A DNA stretch of 64,000 bases from an uncultured Alphaproteobacteria bacterium (GTDB lineage Bacteria > Pseudomonadota > Alphaproteobacteria > RF32 > CAG-239), in NCBI GenBank assembly GCA_944392275.1, contig CALXWA010000002.1, positions 60,664 through 124,663 on the forward strand, read 5' to 3'. The notes beneath the pieces were generated by a model, which saw only the letters and a program-made list of their open reading frames with translations, made no database searches and was not told the origin of the DNA. Both the position numbers and the translations under genes were made by a program. Of this stretch, positions 37,192 through 47,587 are shown one piece after another (the stretch's first letter is position 1; the number at the start of each line of letters is the position of its first letter).

Positions 37192-38175
37192 ATGAAAAAA
37201 ACGATTTGGGCTTTATTGGATGACCGCATGGGAAGCGTCGGTCAGGCCCGTGGTGTTTTGGAAGCCCTTGGGGAAGATTACGCCACAACCGAAAAAAAAG
37301 TTGTATACAATAAATTAGCAAATCTTCCGAATTTTTTGCTTGGCGCTTCTTTTTTAGGGGTCAACAGGAAAGAAAGTTCTTCTTTTGAAGGACCTTATCC
37401 GGATCTTATTTTATCTATCAGCCGTCGTACAACGCCAATTGCCCGAAAAATAAAAAAACTTTCTAACGGAAAAAGCAAAATCGTACAATTGATGTACCCG
37501 GGTAAATGCGGACTGGATGATTTAGACTTAGTTGTTGTGCCAAAGCATGACCGCCTTCATAAAATAAAAAATGCACTTTATATTACCGGATGCCCGCATA
37601 AAGCATCGCTCAAAGCTTTAGCCGAAGCTCGTGAAAAGTGGGAGCCCGTTTTTGCCAACCTTCCCCGACCTTTGACAGCGGTTATTGTCGGCGGGGCCAT
37701 TAAAGGAAAACCCTTTTCGCTTGAAAATGCCGTTGCTTTTGCCAATTGTGTGCGAGAAATTAAGCAAAAAATCGGAGGGGCTATTTTAATTACGACATCC
37801 CGAAGAACCGGGGATGAAGCCCAAAAAGCAATTATGAAGATTTTAGATAAAATCCCGGCCTATACTTTTTTGTGGGGCGAAAAAAAAGAAAATCCTTATA
37901 TGGGGTTTCTGGCTTGTGCCGATAACATTATTGTTACCGGAGATACGGTTTCTATGTGCAGTGACAGCTGCGGGACAAAGCTTCCGGTTTGGGTCTTTAG
38001 CGGCAAGGATTGGCTAACCCCTAAGCACCATCGCTTTGTGCAATCTTTATTTGACGGAGGATACGCAATCAATATTGACAATCCTCAGGCTTTAGAGTTT
38101 GTCCCCAAACAAAGGCTTGACCCTTCTGCAGAAATTGCCGATAAAATCAACGCTTTATTTGCGTGCGTAAAATGA
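37192..38175 (+). CDS. ELM1/GtrOC1 family putative glycosyltransferase
   Basis: DLVVVPKHD, VIVGG, ITTSRRT, NPYMGFLA.AD.IIVTGDTVSM. Confidence 0.85.
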   Translation: MKKTIWALLDDRMGSVGQARGVLEALGEDYATTEKKVVYNKLANLPNFLLGASFLGVNRKESSSFEGPYPDLILSISRRTTPIARKIKKLSNGKSKIVQLMYPGKCGLDDLDLVVVPKHDRLHKIKNALYITGCPHKASLKALAEAREKWEPVFANLPRPLTAVIVGGAIKGKPFSLENAVAFANCVREIKQKIGGAILITTSRRTGDEAQKAIMKILDKIPAYTFLWGEKKENPYMGFLACADNIIVTGDTVSMCSDSCGTKLPVWVFSGKDWLTPKHHRFVQSLFDGGYAINIDNPQALEFVPKQRLDPSAEIADKINALFACVK

Positions 38176-38922
38176 TTGTAAAAAGTCTTCTTTGACTTTG
38201 GGCTCCGCCTCTACGATATTTAAGTTTAACGGATTAATCTTTCGGGTGGCAACTACCTTTTGGTACATTCCGCCAAAGAAAAGGCTTTTACGCCACGAGA
38301 AAAGGGTTTTATCTTTTGCAAAGGTGTCAATTTGGCGGTCCCATAATTTTTCCGCAAACGGATGGTAAAGACGATTATACATCCTTACCAGATAACGCAA
38401 CGGATGCCATTTGACCGGATTGTGATAATCAACAAAAACCACTTTTCCTCCCGGGCGGACCAAATTGAGGGCGTTATTTATGGTTTTGGTTTTGGTTACG
38501 ATTGGCATTTCTTTTAACAAAAACCAAACAATCACAACATCGTACTTTGCCGAATCTTTAAATGTTGCCGCATTTGCCCGAATAAAACGGATAAATGGGC
38601 AGACCGCTCCAAGTTTTTTACGACACATTTTCAGCTGTAACTCATTGACATCAATAATGTCGTACCCGCTCATTCCGCCGGCTTTGTAAGCAACTTCTTC
38701 AATCTCCGGACCAAAGCTAACACCCATTTGCAAAATCCTTTGATTGACCGAAATTTCTCGCAGCAAACTTTGCAGCATTTTTTCATCTTGAAAAAATGTT
38801 CTTAAGTGAACGGAAAGTGGCTTATCCCTTGATGCCGTTTTAGATGGGCTGTTATAAATATCTCCGTAAAAAAACTCACTGTATGCCGGTATTCGTTTGG
38901 ATGATGCTGTTTCTGAGGACAT
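38155..38922 (-). CDS. rquA: RquA-like rhodoquinone biosynthesis protein (divergent)
   Basis: N-terminal IPAY..FY..IY.SP, Gly-poor SAM motif LQMGVSFG, FLLKEMP, GGKVVFVDYH.P..WHPLR, PFAEKLW, FGGMYQKVVA recall RquA. Confidence 0.65.
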   Translation of the reverse strand: MSSETASSKRIPAYSEFFYGDIYNSPSKTASRDKPLSVHLRTFFQDEKMLQSLLREISVNQRILQMGVSFGPEIEEVAYKAGGMSGYDIIDVNELQLKMCRKKLGAVCPFIRFIRANAATFKDSAKYDVVIVWFLLKEMPIVTKTKTINNALNLVRPGGKVVFVDYHNPVKWHPLRYLVRMYNRLYHPFAEKLWDRQIDTFAKDKTLFSWRKSLFFGGMYQKVVATRKINPLNLNIVEAEPKVKEDFLQSFYARK

Positions 38923-38960
38923 TTAATTTCTCCGTTTTTTTCTTTTAGGTCCATTAGCGT

Positions 38961-39629
38961 TTATTTTTTTATTAAACCCAGCTTGGCCGCCTCTACGACG
39001 GCACCGGTCCGATTATAAACATTTAATATTTTGAGAATTGCCGTAACATATAATTTTATTGTGCCTTCGGTCAAGCCAAGTTCATATGCAATTTGTTTAT
39101 TTGACTTTCCGTCCGCAATTAGCTTCAAGACATCAATCTGGCGGGGAGAAAGAATTTTTACTTTTTCTTGGACGTCTTTTTCTTGTTCAATGTTTTCTAC
39201 TTGTTTTAAGAGGTCAAACTCATTTTTATTGGTTCCGTTCAACAATTCAACCGGAATATAAACGCCACCGGAAAGAACAAGATTAATCGCACTTAAAATA
39301 ACGGCATTTGACGATGTCTTGGGAATATATCCTGCTGCTCCAAGCTCAATGGTCTTTTGAACAATTTCTTTATCAAATACGGCTGAAAGGATGATAATCG
39401 GCGTTTCCGGTGCGGCTTCATGAATCTTTTGAATCGCTTCAAGCCATTTAGAACCGGGCATGGCTAAATCCGTCAAAATCAGATTTAAGTCCTGATGTTG
39501 TGCAATTATTTGAAACTCTTCTTGATAATCCTTTGCAAAAAACATTTCTGCTTCCGGATAGGTGTCATGAATAATAAGTTCCAGCCCTTTTAAGAACAAT
39601 TCATGATCATCGGCAACTAATATTTTCAA
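38961..39629 (-). CDS. NarL/LuxR family response regulator
   Basis: ADDHE, TDLAMP receiver; LSPRQIDVL..IADGKSNKQIAYELGL HTH. Confidence 0.92.
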   Translation of the reverse strand: MKILVADDHELFLKGLELIIHDTYPEAEMFFAKDYQEEFQIIAQHQDLNLILTDLAMPGSKWLEAIQKIHEAAPETPIIILSAVFDKEIVQKTIELGAAGYIPKTSSNAVILSAINLVLSGGVYIPVELLNGTNKNEFDLLKQVENIEQEKDVQEKVKILSPRQIDVLKLIADGKSNKQIAYELGLTEGTIKLYVTAILKILNVYNRTGAVVEAAKLGLIKK

Positions 39630-40369
39630 TCTTTTTCTCCTTGTTCATTCCAATCTCCGACCGTGGCCTGCCAAACCGAGAGTGCTGCCGCAACCGCGGT
39701 TTCTGCTCGCAAGATTCTAGGCCCTAAAGTTACGGAAACAGCCTGTTCTTTTTGACGTATTTTTTCCATCTCCTCTTTGGCAAAACCACCCTCCGGACCA
39801 ACCAAAACCGCAGCGGGTTTTCCTTGATGGGCTAAGAAAGCCTCCTTTGCCGAAATGCCCTCTCCGCTTTCATCCATAAAAAACAAAGCTCTTTCCTTTG
39901 GCCATGCGGTTAAATATTTTTCTAACGAAACGGCATCTTCGATTTGCGGGACATCCAATCGCCGACATTGTTCTGCAGCTTCTTTGGCTTGGGCACAAAA
40001 TCTTTCCTTTTTGACTTTATCTGAGATTGTTCTTTGGGTAATGACCGGAATAATCTTATTTACACCGAGTTCTGTTGCTTTTTCTATAATAAAATCGGTT
40101 TTATCTTTTTTTACCGGTGCAAACAAAAGCCATATATCCGGTGAAGACCGAAAAGGTTGGGTTTGGGAAAGGACCTCGCCTTCACAAGTTTTTTTGTTAA
40201 CTTGTGTCAGAACAATCCTGAATTCGCCCTCTTTACCATTAAAGCATAAAATTTCCTCTCCATCTTTTAGACGCATTACATTACATAGGTAGTGCGAATC
40301 CTCTTCCGAGAAAAGAATTTGTTCCCCTATGTGCAATGCTTGATTTATGTAGAGACGAATATTGCTCAT
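39626..40369 (-). CDS. rsmE: 16S rRNA m3U1498 methyltransferase
   Basis: HYLCNVMR, EKATELG, EAAEQC, VGPEGG, LGPRILRAETA. Confidence 0.95.
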   Translation of the reverse strand: MSNIRLYINQALHIGEQILFSEEDSHYLCNVMRLKDGEEILCFNGKEGEFRIVLTQVNKKTCEGEVLSQTQPFRSSPDIWLLFAPVKKDKTDFIIEKATELGVNKIIPVITQRTISDKVKKERFCAQAKEAAEQCRRLDVPQIEDAVSLEKYLTAWPKERALFFMDESGEGISAKEAFLAHQGKPAAVLVGPEGGFAKEEMEKIRQKEQAVSVTLGPRILRAETAVAAALSVWQATVGDWNEQGEKD

Positions 40370-40926
40370 GGCGTTACCTTCAATCGGATAATACGGCTGG
40401 CAATCGGTTGCGGCGGATTTTTAGAAATATCAAAACTATCCAGATAGACAACATCCGAACCGGATTTTATTGTTTTAAAATCTATTAAGCGAAAATTTTT
40501 TTGTCTTTGTGAGGAGATTTGTTCCCACTTGTCACACTGGTCTCCGATTTGCCATGACATATGCTCTTTTTCCGGAAGAATAACTCTGACGATATACCCG
40601 ACGGGAATCGTAGCTTTAATTGTTGTCTTGGTTGATAAATCCAGGTTAACAGATGACATTTCCGGTTGTGTGTTCTCTTTTTTAGGAAAATAGACTTCCA
40701 AAATGCCCTGTTTGTCGACGACATCATCAAATTTTAGCGGGGCTTTTTCAATATCGTTTTGTGTATCGCTCGGAGATGAGGAAGATGTTTTTCCTCCGCC
40801 CCCATCGCGTCCCATCATATCCATTCCCAAAGCCTTTCCCGGATCCATAATCACAAAGGAGTGAACAACTTTAATGTTCAAGACAATTAGTAATGAAAAT
40901 ATCAGTAATTTTAGCAATCTAAGCAT
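40366..40926 (-). CDS. Hypothetical exported protein
   Basis: Hydrophobic N-terminus; GGAG RBS; overlaps the rsmE start. Confidence 0.55.
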   Translation of the reverse strand: MLRLLKLLIFSLLIVLNIKVVHSFVIMDPGKALGMDMMGRDGGGGKTSSSSPSDTQNDIEKAPLKFDDVVDKQGILEVYFPKKENTQPEMSSVNLDLSTKTTIKATIPVGYIVRVILPEKEHMSWQIGDQCDKWEQISSQRQKNFRLIDFKTIKSGSDVVYLDSFDISKNPPQPIASRIIRLKVTP

Positions 40927-41038
40927 TTTTTCTCCGCTTTGATAAAATAAAACTCTGTATAAATAAGAAAGGCTATTCCCTTATACCCTTATATTCGTTA
41001 TTTTAATGCTGATATAGTAAAATTAATCTTAAATTCGG

Positions 41039-41719
41039 ATGAATAAAATGATTATTACCATTGATGGGCCCGCTGCCGCCGGAAAAGGAACTTTAGCAAG
41101 AGCTTTAGCTGCAAAATACGGATTAGCCTATTTTGACACCGGAATGGTTTATCGGGCAGTCGGGTTACAAATGTTGCTTAACCAAAATAATGCCGATGAT
41201 GAAAAAGCGGCAGAAACTTATGCTAAAAATTTGACCTTCCCTTTAATGATACAACTTTCGGAGCATCCGGATTTTCGCTCTGCAAAAGGCGGAAAAGCCG
41301 CCTCTATTGTTTCTGCTTATCCTTCCGTTCGGAAAGCTTTGTTAAAGATGCAGCAAGATTTTGCTCTAAATCCCGTTTTTAAGGATGGGACACCTGCCCA
41401 TGGGGTTATTTATGACGGACGCGACACCGGAACGGTTGTGTGCCCACAAGCTGATGTTAAATTTTTTATTACGGCAAGTTCTGAGGTCAGAGCTTTAAGA
41501 CGGTATAAAGAATTTCAGGAAAAAGGAATCGAAATTTCTTATGATGAGGTCTTAAAAGATGTTAAAGCTCGCGATGAAAGAGATGCCACAAGAGCCTCTT
41601 CCCCTATGAAGCCGGCTGAAGATGCTGTTATTTTTGACACATCTGAGCTTAATATTGAAGAAGTTTTGCAAAAAGCTTGTCATCTTATCGATTCTTGGCA
41701 AAAAAAACTTGAAAAATAA
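41039..41719 (+). CDS. cmk: Cytidylate kinase
   Basis: IDGPAAAGKGT, DTGMVYR, DGRDTGTVVCP.A, RDERD; upstream of rpsA. Confidence 0.95.
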   Translation: MNKMIITIDGPAAAGKGTLARALAAKYGLAYFDTGMVYRAVGLQMLLNQNNADDEKAAETYAKNLTFPLMIQLSEHPDFRSAKGGKAASIVSAYPSVRKALLKMQQDFALNPVFKDGTPAHGVIYDGRDTGTVVCPQADVKFFITASSEVRALRRYKEFQEKGIEISYDEVLKDVKARDERDATRASSPMKPAEDAVIFDTSELNIEEVLQKACHLIDSWQKKLEK

Positions 41720-41848
41720 TATTTTAAGTGTATAAATTGAAACACTCTGAGCTTTAGGGTGCGCTATGGCTCTTGGTAGAGTTGTAACCTCGCACAAGTC
41801 CCCTCCGCTGTTTTTGTCTTGGAGGTTGGCATTTTTTGAAAATAATAA

Positions 41849-43534
41849 ATGATTAATACAGAAATTAAAATTCCTGAAATTAAAGAAAATTTTGAAGCTT
41901 TGTTGAACGAACAATTCGGCGACAATGGCATTATCGGTTCTGTCGTTAAAGGAACTATTATTCGTTTAACATCTGATTTTGCAATGGTTGATGTCGGATT
42001 AAAATCTGAAGGTCGTATCCCGTTGCGTGAATTTGGGCAAAACGCTGAATTAAAAGTCGGAGATCAGGTTGAAGTTTATGTTGACCGTTATGAAGACAAA
42101 GACGGAAACATTGTTTTGTCTCGTGAAAAAGCTCGTCGTGAAGAAGCTTGGATTGACTTAGAAAAAGCTATGAATGCCGGCGAACGTGTTAACGGTGTTA
42201 TTTTTGGTAGAGTTAAAGGCGGCTTTACCGTTGATTTGAACGGAGCCATTGCTTTCTTGCCTGGTTCTCAAATTGATATTCGTCCGATCCGCGATATTAC
42301 TCCGTTAATGGGTATTACACAACCCTTCCAAATCTTGAAAATGGATAAGGTTAGAGGGAATATTGTTGTTTCTCGTCGTGTTGTTTTGGAAGAAACTCGT
42401 GCCGAAGCCCGTGCTGAATTGATTGACACCCTTAAAGAAGGTTCTATCTTGGATGGTGTTGTTAAGAACATTACCGATTATGGTGCTTTCATTGACCTTG
42501 GTGGTGTTGATGGTTTGTTACACGTTACCGATATCTCTTGGAAACGCATTAACCACCCGGCTGAAGTTCTTTCTGTCGGACAGACCGTTAAAGTTCAAGT
42601 TATCAAGTTCAATGAAGACAACCAACGTATTTCTTTAGGAATGAAACAACTGGAAGCTGATCCTTGGCAAAATGTTGCCGATAAATACAAAGTCGGCGAA
42701 ATTTACAAAGGTAAAGTTACGAATATTACCGATTATGGTGCTTTTGTTGAGCTTGAAGATGGTATTGAAGGCTTAGTCCATGTTTCTGAAATGAGCTGGA
42801 CACGCAAAAATGCTCATCCGGGTAAGATTGTTTCTACCTCTCAAGAAGTTGATGTTAAAGTTCTTGAAGTTGATGCTGATAAACGTCGTATCAGCCTTGG
42901 TATTAAACAATGCACGCCGAATCCTTGGTTGGCTTATATTGAAGAGAATCCGGTTGGATCCGTTATTGAAGGCAAAATCAAAAACATTACCGAATTTGGT
43001 TTGTTCGTTGGTTTGACCGATGAAATTGACGGTATGATTCATTTATCCGATATCTCTTGGGATAAACCGGGTGAAGAAGCTGTTAAAGATTATGCTAAAG
43101 GCCAAGATATTCAAGCTAAAATCATTGACGTTGATGTTGAAAAAGAACGTATTAGCCTCGGTATTAAACAATTAACCGAAAATACGGCTGCGAATGTTCT
43201 TGATTCTCTCAAAAAAGGTGACGTTATCAAAGTAACCGTTACCGGAATTGATGAGAAAGCCGTTAATGTCGAATACAATGGCGTTAATGCTTCTATTAAG
43301 AAAGCTGACTTGTCTAAAGATAAAGCCGCTCAAAATCCTGAAAATTATAAGGAAGGCGACGTTATTGAAGCCAAAGTTACTTCTGTTGACAAGAAAAACA
43401 ACAAGTTTGGCTTGTCTGTTAAAGCTTTAGAAATTGAAGAAGAAAAGAAAGCTTTAGAAGAATATTCTAACAGCAATTCTGCCTCTTCTTCTTTAGGCGA
43501 TGCTTTATCTGAAGCAATGAAGAAAAACGCTTAA
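41849..43534 (+). CDS. rpsA: 30S ribosomal protein S1
   Basis: Six S1 repeats (DVGLKSEG, AFLPGSQ, GVVKNITDYGAF, DGLLHVTDISW). Confidence 0.97.
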   Translation: MINTEIKIPEIKENFEALLNEQFGDNGIIGSVVKGTIIRLTSDFAMVDVGLKSEGRIPLREFGQNAELKVGDQVEVYVDRYEDKDGNIVLSREKARREEAWIDLEKAMNAGERVNGVIFGRVKGGFTVDLNGAIAFLPGSQIDIRPIRDITPLMGITQPFQILKMDKVRGNIVVSRRVVLEETRAEARAELIDTLKEGSILDGVVKNITDYGAFIDLGGVDGLLHVTDISWKRINHPAEVLSVGQTVKVQVIKFNEDNQRISLGMKQLEADPWQNVADKYKVGEIYKGKVTNITDYGAFVELEDGIEGLVHVSEMSWTRKNAHPGKIVSTSQEVDVKVLEVDADKRRISLGIKQCTPNPWLAYIEENPVGSVIEGKIKNITEFGLFVGLTDEIDGMIHLSDISWDKPGEEAVKDYAKGQDIQAKIIDVDVEKERISLGIKQLTENTAANVLDSLKKGDVIKVTVTGIDEKAVNVEYNGVNASIKKADLSKDKAAQNPENYKEGDVIEAKVTSVDKKNNKFGLSVKALEIEEEKKALEEYSNSNSASSSLGDALSEAMKKNA

Positions 43535-43556
43535 TTGACGGATTAATCGTCTTTAT

Positions 43557-43592
43557 AAAAAAACCTTTCTGATCTTCAGGAAGGTTTTTTTT
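43557..43592 (+). terminator. Terminator after rpsA
   Basis: AAAAAAACCTTTCTGA-tct-TCAGGAAGGTTTTTTT. Confidence 0.85.
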
Positions 43593-43658
43593 ATTGTCTT
43601 TAAACGAAAAAACTGTTATTTTAATGATATTCAAAAATTATTTATCAATATTATTACT

Positions 43659-44102
43659 ATGAAAAAGAAATTTAAAAATTTTGAAGAGGCCTGTTGCTAC
43701 TTTCGTGAATTTGATATTACCAAAATAAAATCCGTCGAGGATTTTTGGGTTATCACTTCCTTTTTGAAAGACTTAAAACAACATGCTGCCGATTTCTCTG
43801 TTGAGGAATATACCTTTTGGAGAAGTTATGAAAAAGATGTCAAAGCTCTTATGGAAGCAAAGGGGATTATTATTTTGGTCGGTAAAGATATCGACGATCT
43901 TGTTGACCAAATTATGCATAAACTTTCACCTGATGCTTTGGCACTTTTTTTGATAAAAGGGGATTTTGATGTTTCTGAGGCAACGGATTATGAGTTAGAA
44001 ACCCTCATGTCACGATTGCACAACGGTAAAGGGAAAAATGCGCAAAAACTTTTAGAGCAAGTACGTAAAGAAATTTGCTTGCGTAATCCCAATCTGAATT
44101 AA
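43659..44102 (+). CDS. Hypothetical protein
   Basis: 147-aa ORF ending at a convergent terminator hairpin. Confidence 0.55.
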   Translation: MKKKFKNFEEACCYFREFDITKIKSVEDFWVITSFLKDLKQHAADFSVEEYTFWRSYEKDVKALMEAKGIIILVGKDIDDLVDQIMHKLSPDALALFLIKGDFDVSEATDYELETLMSRLHNGKGKNAQKLLEQVRKEICLRNPNLN

Positions 44103-44147
44103 GAAAAAAAACGGATATTTAAGCGTTAAGCCTAAATATCCGTTTTT

Positions 44148-44462
44148 TTATTTGGTTATAAACAATATCGGATTCCATTTTTCATCTGAAATCCAGTTTA
44201 TTAAGGAACAAGTACCTATAATAAAGAGCCATGCAATAAACAAACTCGTCAGCGGATTAAGCCATTCCAGAATCCCGCCAAACAAGTGAACGTAGTTAAT
44301 TCCGGAAAAAAGAACAATATATCCTCCAACAAGGCTCATTAGGCGGAATAAAACATTCTTCCATGTTTTAACACTGCCAATATAAGCACAAATCCAAATA
44401 AACATTATTCCTGTCGTAAGCCAAAATTTCGGCTCATGAAAAATTTTAATAATAGCATCCAT
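44148..44462 (-). CDS. Hypothetical membrane protein
   Basis: Three hydrophobic segments. Confidence 0.55.
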   Translation of the reverse strand: MDAIIKIFHEPKFWLTTGIMFIWICAYIGSVKTWKNVLFRLMSLVGGYIVLFSGINYVHLFGGILEWLNPLTSLFIAWLFIIGTCSLINWISDEKWNPILFITK

Positions 44463-44562
44463 AATTCTTATTTTTTACATTATTTATGTTAGCATAAATT
44501 GCCACTTTCAACAAGACAAAAAAAGAGCCTCTTTTGAGGCTCTTTTTTAAGTGTTGTTTTTT

Positions 44563-45696
44563 TTATTTTACAAAAATTTGTACTTCCGAAGAGGTTACAT
44601 TTCCGCTACGAGCCGATAGGCTAATCCGATCAGCTCCAACCCCCATATCAATCATATCTTGAAAGACAAGAGTTGCGTTATTCTTTGCAGCGGCTGTTGA
44701 AAGCTGACTTCCACCTGCCGGACTGATGGCTACAATATTAAACATTGCATTTGCCTTTTTGGCTTTCGCTGAAGAAACTGCTTTTTGCAAAGCATCTTTG
44801 TAGTCTACTTTGGATTTGTTAAATTTAATGCTCATCAACGGCTTTCCTGAAACGGCAGAACCTCCTGCAGGTTGGCTGTAATTGTTGTATGTCCCGAGAG
44901 CAACATTGTTCAATGGAACATTGCTTACACCATAGCTTCCTGTTTTAATAGCGGAACCTAAAGCTGAAATATTATTTTTAGCGGTTTCAATATACTGTTG
45001 TTGGCGAGCTACATCATTATTGATTTCAGAAAGCAAGCTATTGATAATCAAAGCCGTTTGGTTTGTTTCTCCTTCCAGAATACGGAGCTGACGATGATCT
45101 TCATCAACGGCACCGGAAATATTATAAGCCGCACGAATTGAATCTGCTAAATAAGTGGTATTGGCCGTATCTGATGACACTTTTTGGGCTAATTGGCTTA
45201 ATGCCATGGTATTGGTATTCATGACCTGAACGTTATTTTGAGCGGCTTGCAACATTTGATACATCATCGGGTTGCCCGGGGTTGTTCCAACCTGTAACTT
45301 TGCCTCAATATTGCCAACAACTTTATGGTATTGCAACGCATTGTTAATTACAGAAGCCCGAATCTGTTGCAATTGTTCATTATTTGCACGAATAGAGGCT
45401 TGAACCTGAGCCAATTCATTACGGAACGTAACGACCTTTTGACCAACAAATGTTCCGGTATTATTCCCTTCCGATACAGAAACCGGCTCAAAATTGCCAG
45501 AGCCTAATCCGGGAATAACATCGTCGGAAGAACTTTGAACACTCATTTCTTCTTGAGTATCGCCTGTGAAAAGTGATGGAAATAACTCATCAGATGAATA
45601 AGAACAACCACTGATGATCATTATTGATGCCATCGACAATGATAATTTGACTGCTAAATTGGTCATTGATAATACCCTTAAAAAAAATACATACAA
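44563..45696 (-). CDS. Hypothetical coiled-coil lipoprotein
   Basis: Lipobox ISGC, TFVGQKV, LQVGTTPGNP, SGAVDEDH; the C-terminal domain loosely resembles OmpA-like folds; true start probably MTNLAV. Confidence 0.65.
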   Translation of the reverse strand: MYVFFLRVLSMTNLAVKLSLSMASIMIISGCSYSSDELFPSLFTGDTQEEMSVQSSSDDVIPGLGSGNFEPVSVSEGNNTGTFVGQKVVTFRNELAQVQASIRANNEQLQQIRASVINNALQYHKVVGNIEAKLQVGTTPGNPMMYQMLQAAQNNVQVMNTNTMALSQLAQKVSSDTANTTYLADSIRAAYNISGAVDEDHRQLRILEGETNQTALIINSLLSEINNDVARQQQYIETAKNNISALGSAIKTGSYGVSNVPLNNVALGTYNNYSQPAGGSAVSGKPLMSIKFNKSKVDYKDALQKAVSSAKAKKANAMFNIVAISPAGGSQLSTAAAKNNATLVFQDMIDMGVGADRISLSARSGNVTSSEVQIFVK

Positions 45697-45890
45697 TTTG
45701 TTTTTACACTATTGATTTTCTTTGTAAAGAGATTTTTGCACAAAACAATGTAAAAATATGCCTCAAAGGGGTTAAACCCATATTTCTTTTACCTTAAATC
45801 CGAATAGTTAAAAATTCTTTTATTTTATTTTTATTTTTTGCTTGCATTTAAATTTTAAAAGCTGTATTAAAGTTTCTGCACAGTGATGAT

Positions 45891-45967
45891 GCGCTCGTAG
45901 CTCAATTGGATAGAGCATCTGACTACGGATCAGAAGGTTGTGAGTTCGAATCCCGCCGAGCGCGCCA
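45891..45967 (+). tRNA. tRNA-Arg(ACG)
   Basis: Anticodon arm TCTGA-CTACGGA-TCAGA; GTTCGAATC; CCA end. Confidence 0.93.
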
Positions 45968-46091
45968 GTTTTTTTTAGATAGTCTCCTTTTGTGGAGGCT
46001 TTTTTTTATTTCTCGGCGGTTTTCGAACCAAGGTTCTTTCTGGCTGTGCTATTACCCATAAAAAAAACTCCACATTGTGGAGTTTTTTTCT

Positions 46092-46394
46092 TTAGCTTTC
46101 TTGCATAACGCATCCCGGATAAGGGTGACCGTTAATTTCAAGATAATTTTTCTGTCCTTTGTTCCAAAAGACCATTGTCCCTTCGTTATTCATATAACGC
46201 GATCCGGAAGCCGCATAAACAGATTTTAGCTTGTGTTCCTTGCCATTAATTTGCAATTTTGCCATGCTTGGCGATAGGTAAGAAACCGTAACCGTTTTGC
46301 TCCCACAGCGATACTGACCATGATGATGATCACCAAAATAACTACATGAGGCTATTAATAAGCATAATACCATTAACCCTATTTTTTTCATCAA
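46092..46394 (-). CDS. mliC: MliC/PliC family lysozyme inhibitor lipoprotein
   Basis: Lipobox IASC, Y.C, ASGSRY, FWNKG, C-terminal Cys. Confidence 0.8.
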   Translation of the reverse strand: MMKKIGLMVLCLLIASCSYFGDHHHGQYRCGSKTVTVSYLSPSMAKLQINGKEHKLKSVYAASGSRYMNNEGTMVFWNKGQKNYLEINGHPYPGCVMQES

Positions 46395-46435
46395 TTTCCC
46401 TTTCTTTTTTATCCTTCGTATTAAATAATCTTTTC

Positions 46436-47587
46436 TTATGCAACAAACAAGTCTTTAATTTTATCAAAAAAACCTTTTGCTTCCGGTTGGCACGAATTTT
46501 CTTTACTGATTGATCGAAATTCTTCCAAAAGCTCTTTTTGCCGTGATGACAGATTAACCGGAGTTTCCACATGAAGTTTGACAAACAAATCGCCCCTTCT
46601 GGTTGAACGCATCATTGTCATCCCTTGTCCTTTAATTTTTATGACATTCTCATTTTGGGCTCCGGCCTCAATATTGAGCTCTATTTTGCTGCCATCTATC
46701 GCCGGGAGCTCCATTTTTCCGCCCAGAGCGGCACAACACATTGATACCGGAATCCGAGCATAGAGATTTGCCCCTTCTCGTTGGTATAATTTGTGCTCTT
46801 TTATAGAAATGAAGACATATAAATCGCCATTTTCTCCACCCCGAGATCCGGCTTCTCCGGCACCACTGACACGCATACGTGTATCATCTTCGACACCGGC
46901 CGGAATTTTTATTTTTACGTTTTTTTCTTTATTAATAACTCCGGCACCTTTACAATCCGGGCAAGCCTCCGTTACAATGCGTCCGCTGCCATGGCATTTC
47001 GGACATTCTTGCTCTACAATAAAAAAGCCTCCCCTTTGGATATGAACTTTTCCGCTACCTTTACAATTGGGGCAAATCGGAGCTTCTTTGCCATCTTTGG
47101 TCCCGTGACCATGACAGGTCGCACAGGTTTCACTGGATGGAATGGTTATTTCTTTTTCTATCCCTGTAAAAGCTTCTTCAAGAGTGATTTCTAAATTATA
47201 GCGGACATCGGCTCCGCGACGGGCATAATTTTGTTGTTGGCGACGTCCTCCGCCCATAAATTCTGAAAAAACATCGGCAAAGATATCTGAGAATCCACCT
47301 GATCCAAAATTAAACTCAAAGCCCCCGAACGGGTTTCCGCCTTGTCCGCCCATGCCTCCGGCAAATGCTTGTTTTCCATACCGATCGTAGGCTGCTCTTT
47401 TTTGTTCGTCCTTTAAGACTTCATAAGCTTCATTAATTTCTTTAAACTTTTGTTCGGCAACTTTATCTCCGGGGTTGCGATCCGGATGGTATTTCATTGC
47501 CAAGCGACGAAAAGATTTTTTTATTTCTTCTCCGCTGGCATTTTTATCAACTTCCAAAAGTTCGTAATAATCGGTTTCTTCACTCAT
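46436..47587 (-). CDS. dnaJ: Chaperone DnaJ
   Basis: HPD J domain, G/F region, four CxxCxGxG repeats. Confidence 0.97.
   Translation of the reverse strand: MSEETDYYELLEVDKNASGEEIKKSFRRLAMKYHPDRNPGDKVAEQKFKEINEAYEVLKDEQKRAAYDRYGKQAFAGGMGGQGGNPFGGFEFNFGSGGFSDIFADVFSEFMGGGRRQQQNYARRGADVRYNLEITLEEAFTGIEKEITIPSSETCATCHGHGTKDGKEAPICPNCKGSGKVHIQRGGFFIVEQECPKCHGSGRIVTEACPDCKGAGVINKEKNVKIKIPAGVEDDTRMRVSGAGEAGSRGGENGDLYVFISIKEHKLYQREGANLYARIPVSMCCAALGGKMELPAIDGSKIELNIEAGAQNENVIKIKGQGMTMMRSTRRGDLFVKLHVETPVNLSSRQKELLEEFRSISKENSCQPEAKGFFDKIKDLFVA

Noticed and set aside
41740-41848. GC-richer cmk-rpsA spacer as a novel ncRNA
   Set aside because: Structured leaders are normal for rpsA, and I could not define a convincing independent fold.
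45891-45967. A-C mismatch in the T-stem of tRNA-Arg(ACG) as a sign of pseudogenisation
   Set aside because: A single mismatch; the other arms, CCA end and downstream terminator are intact.
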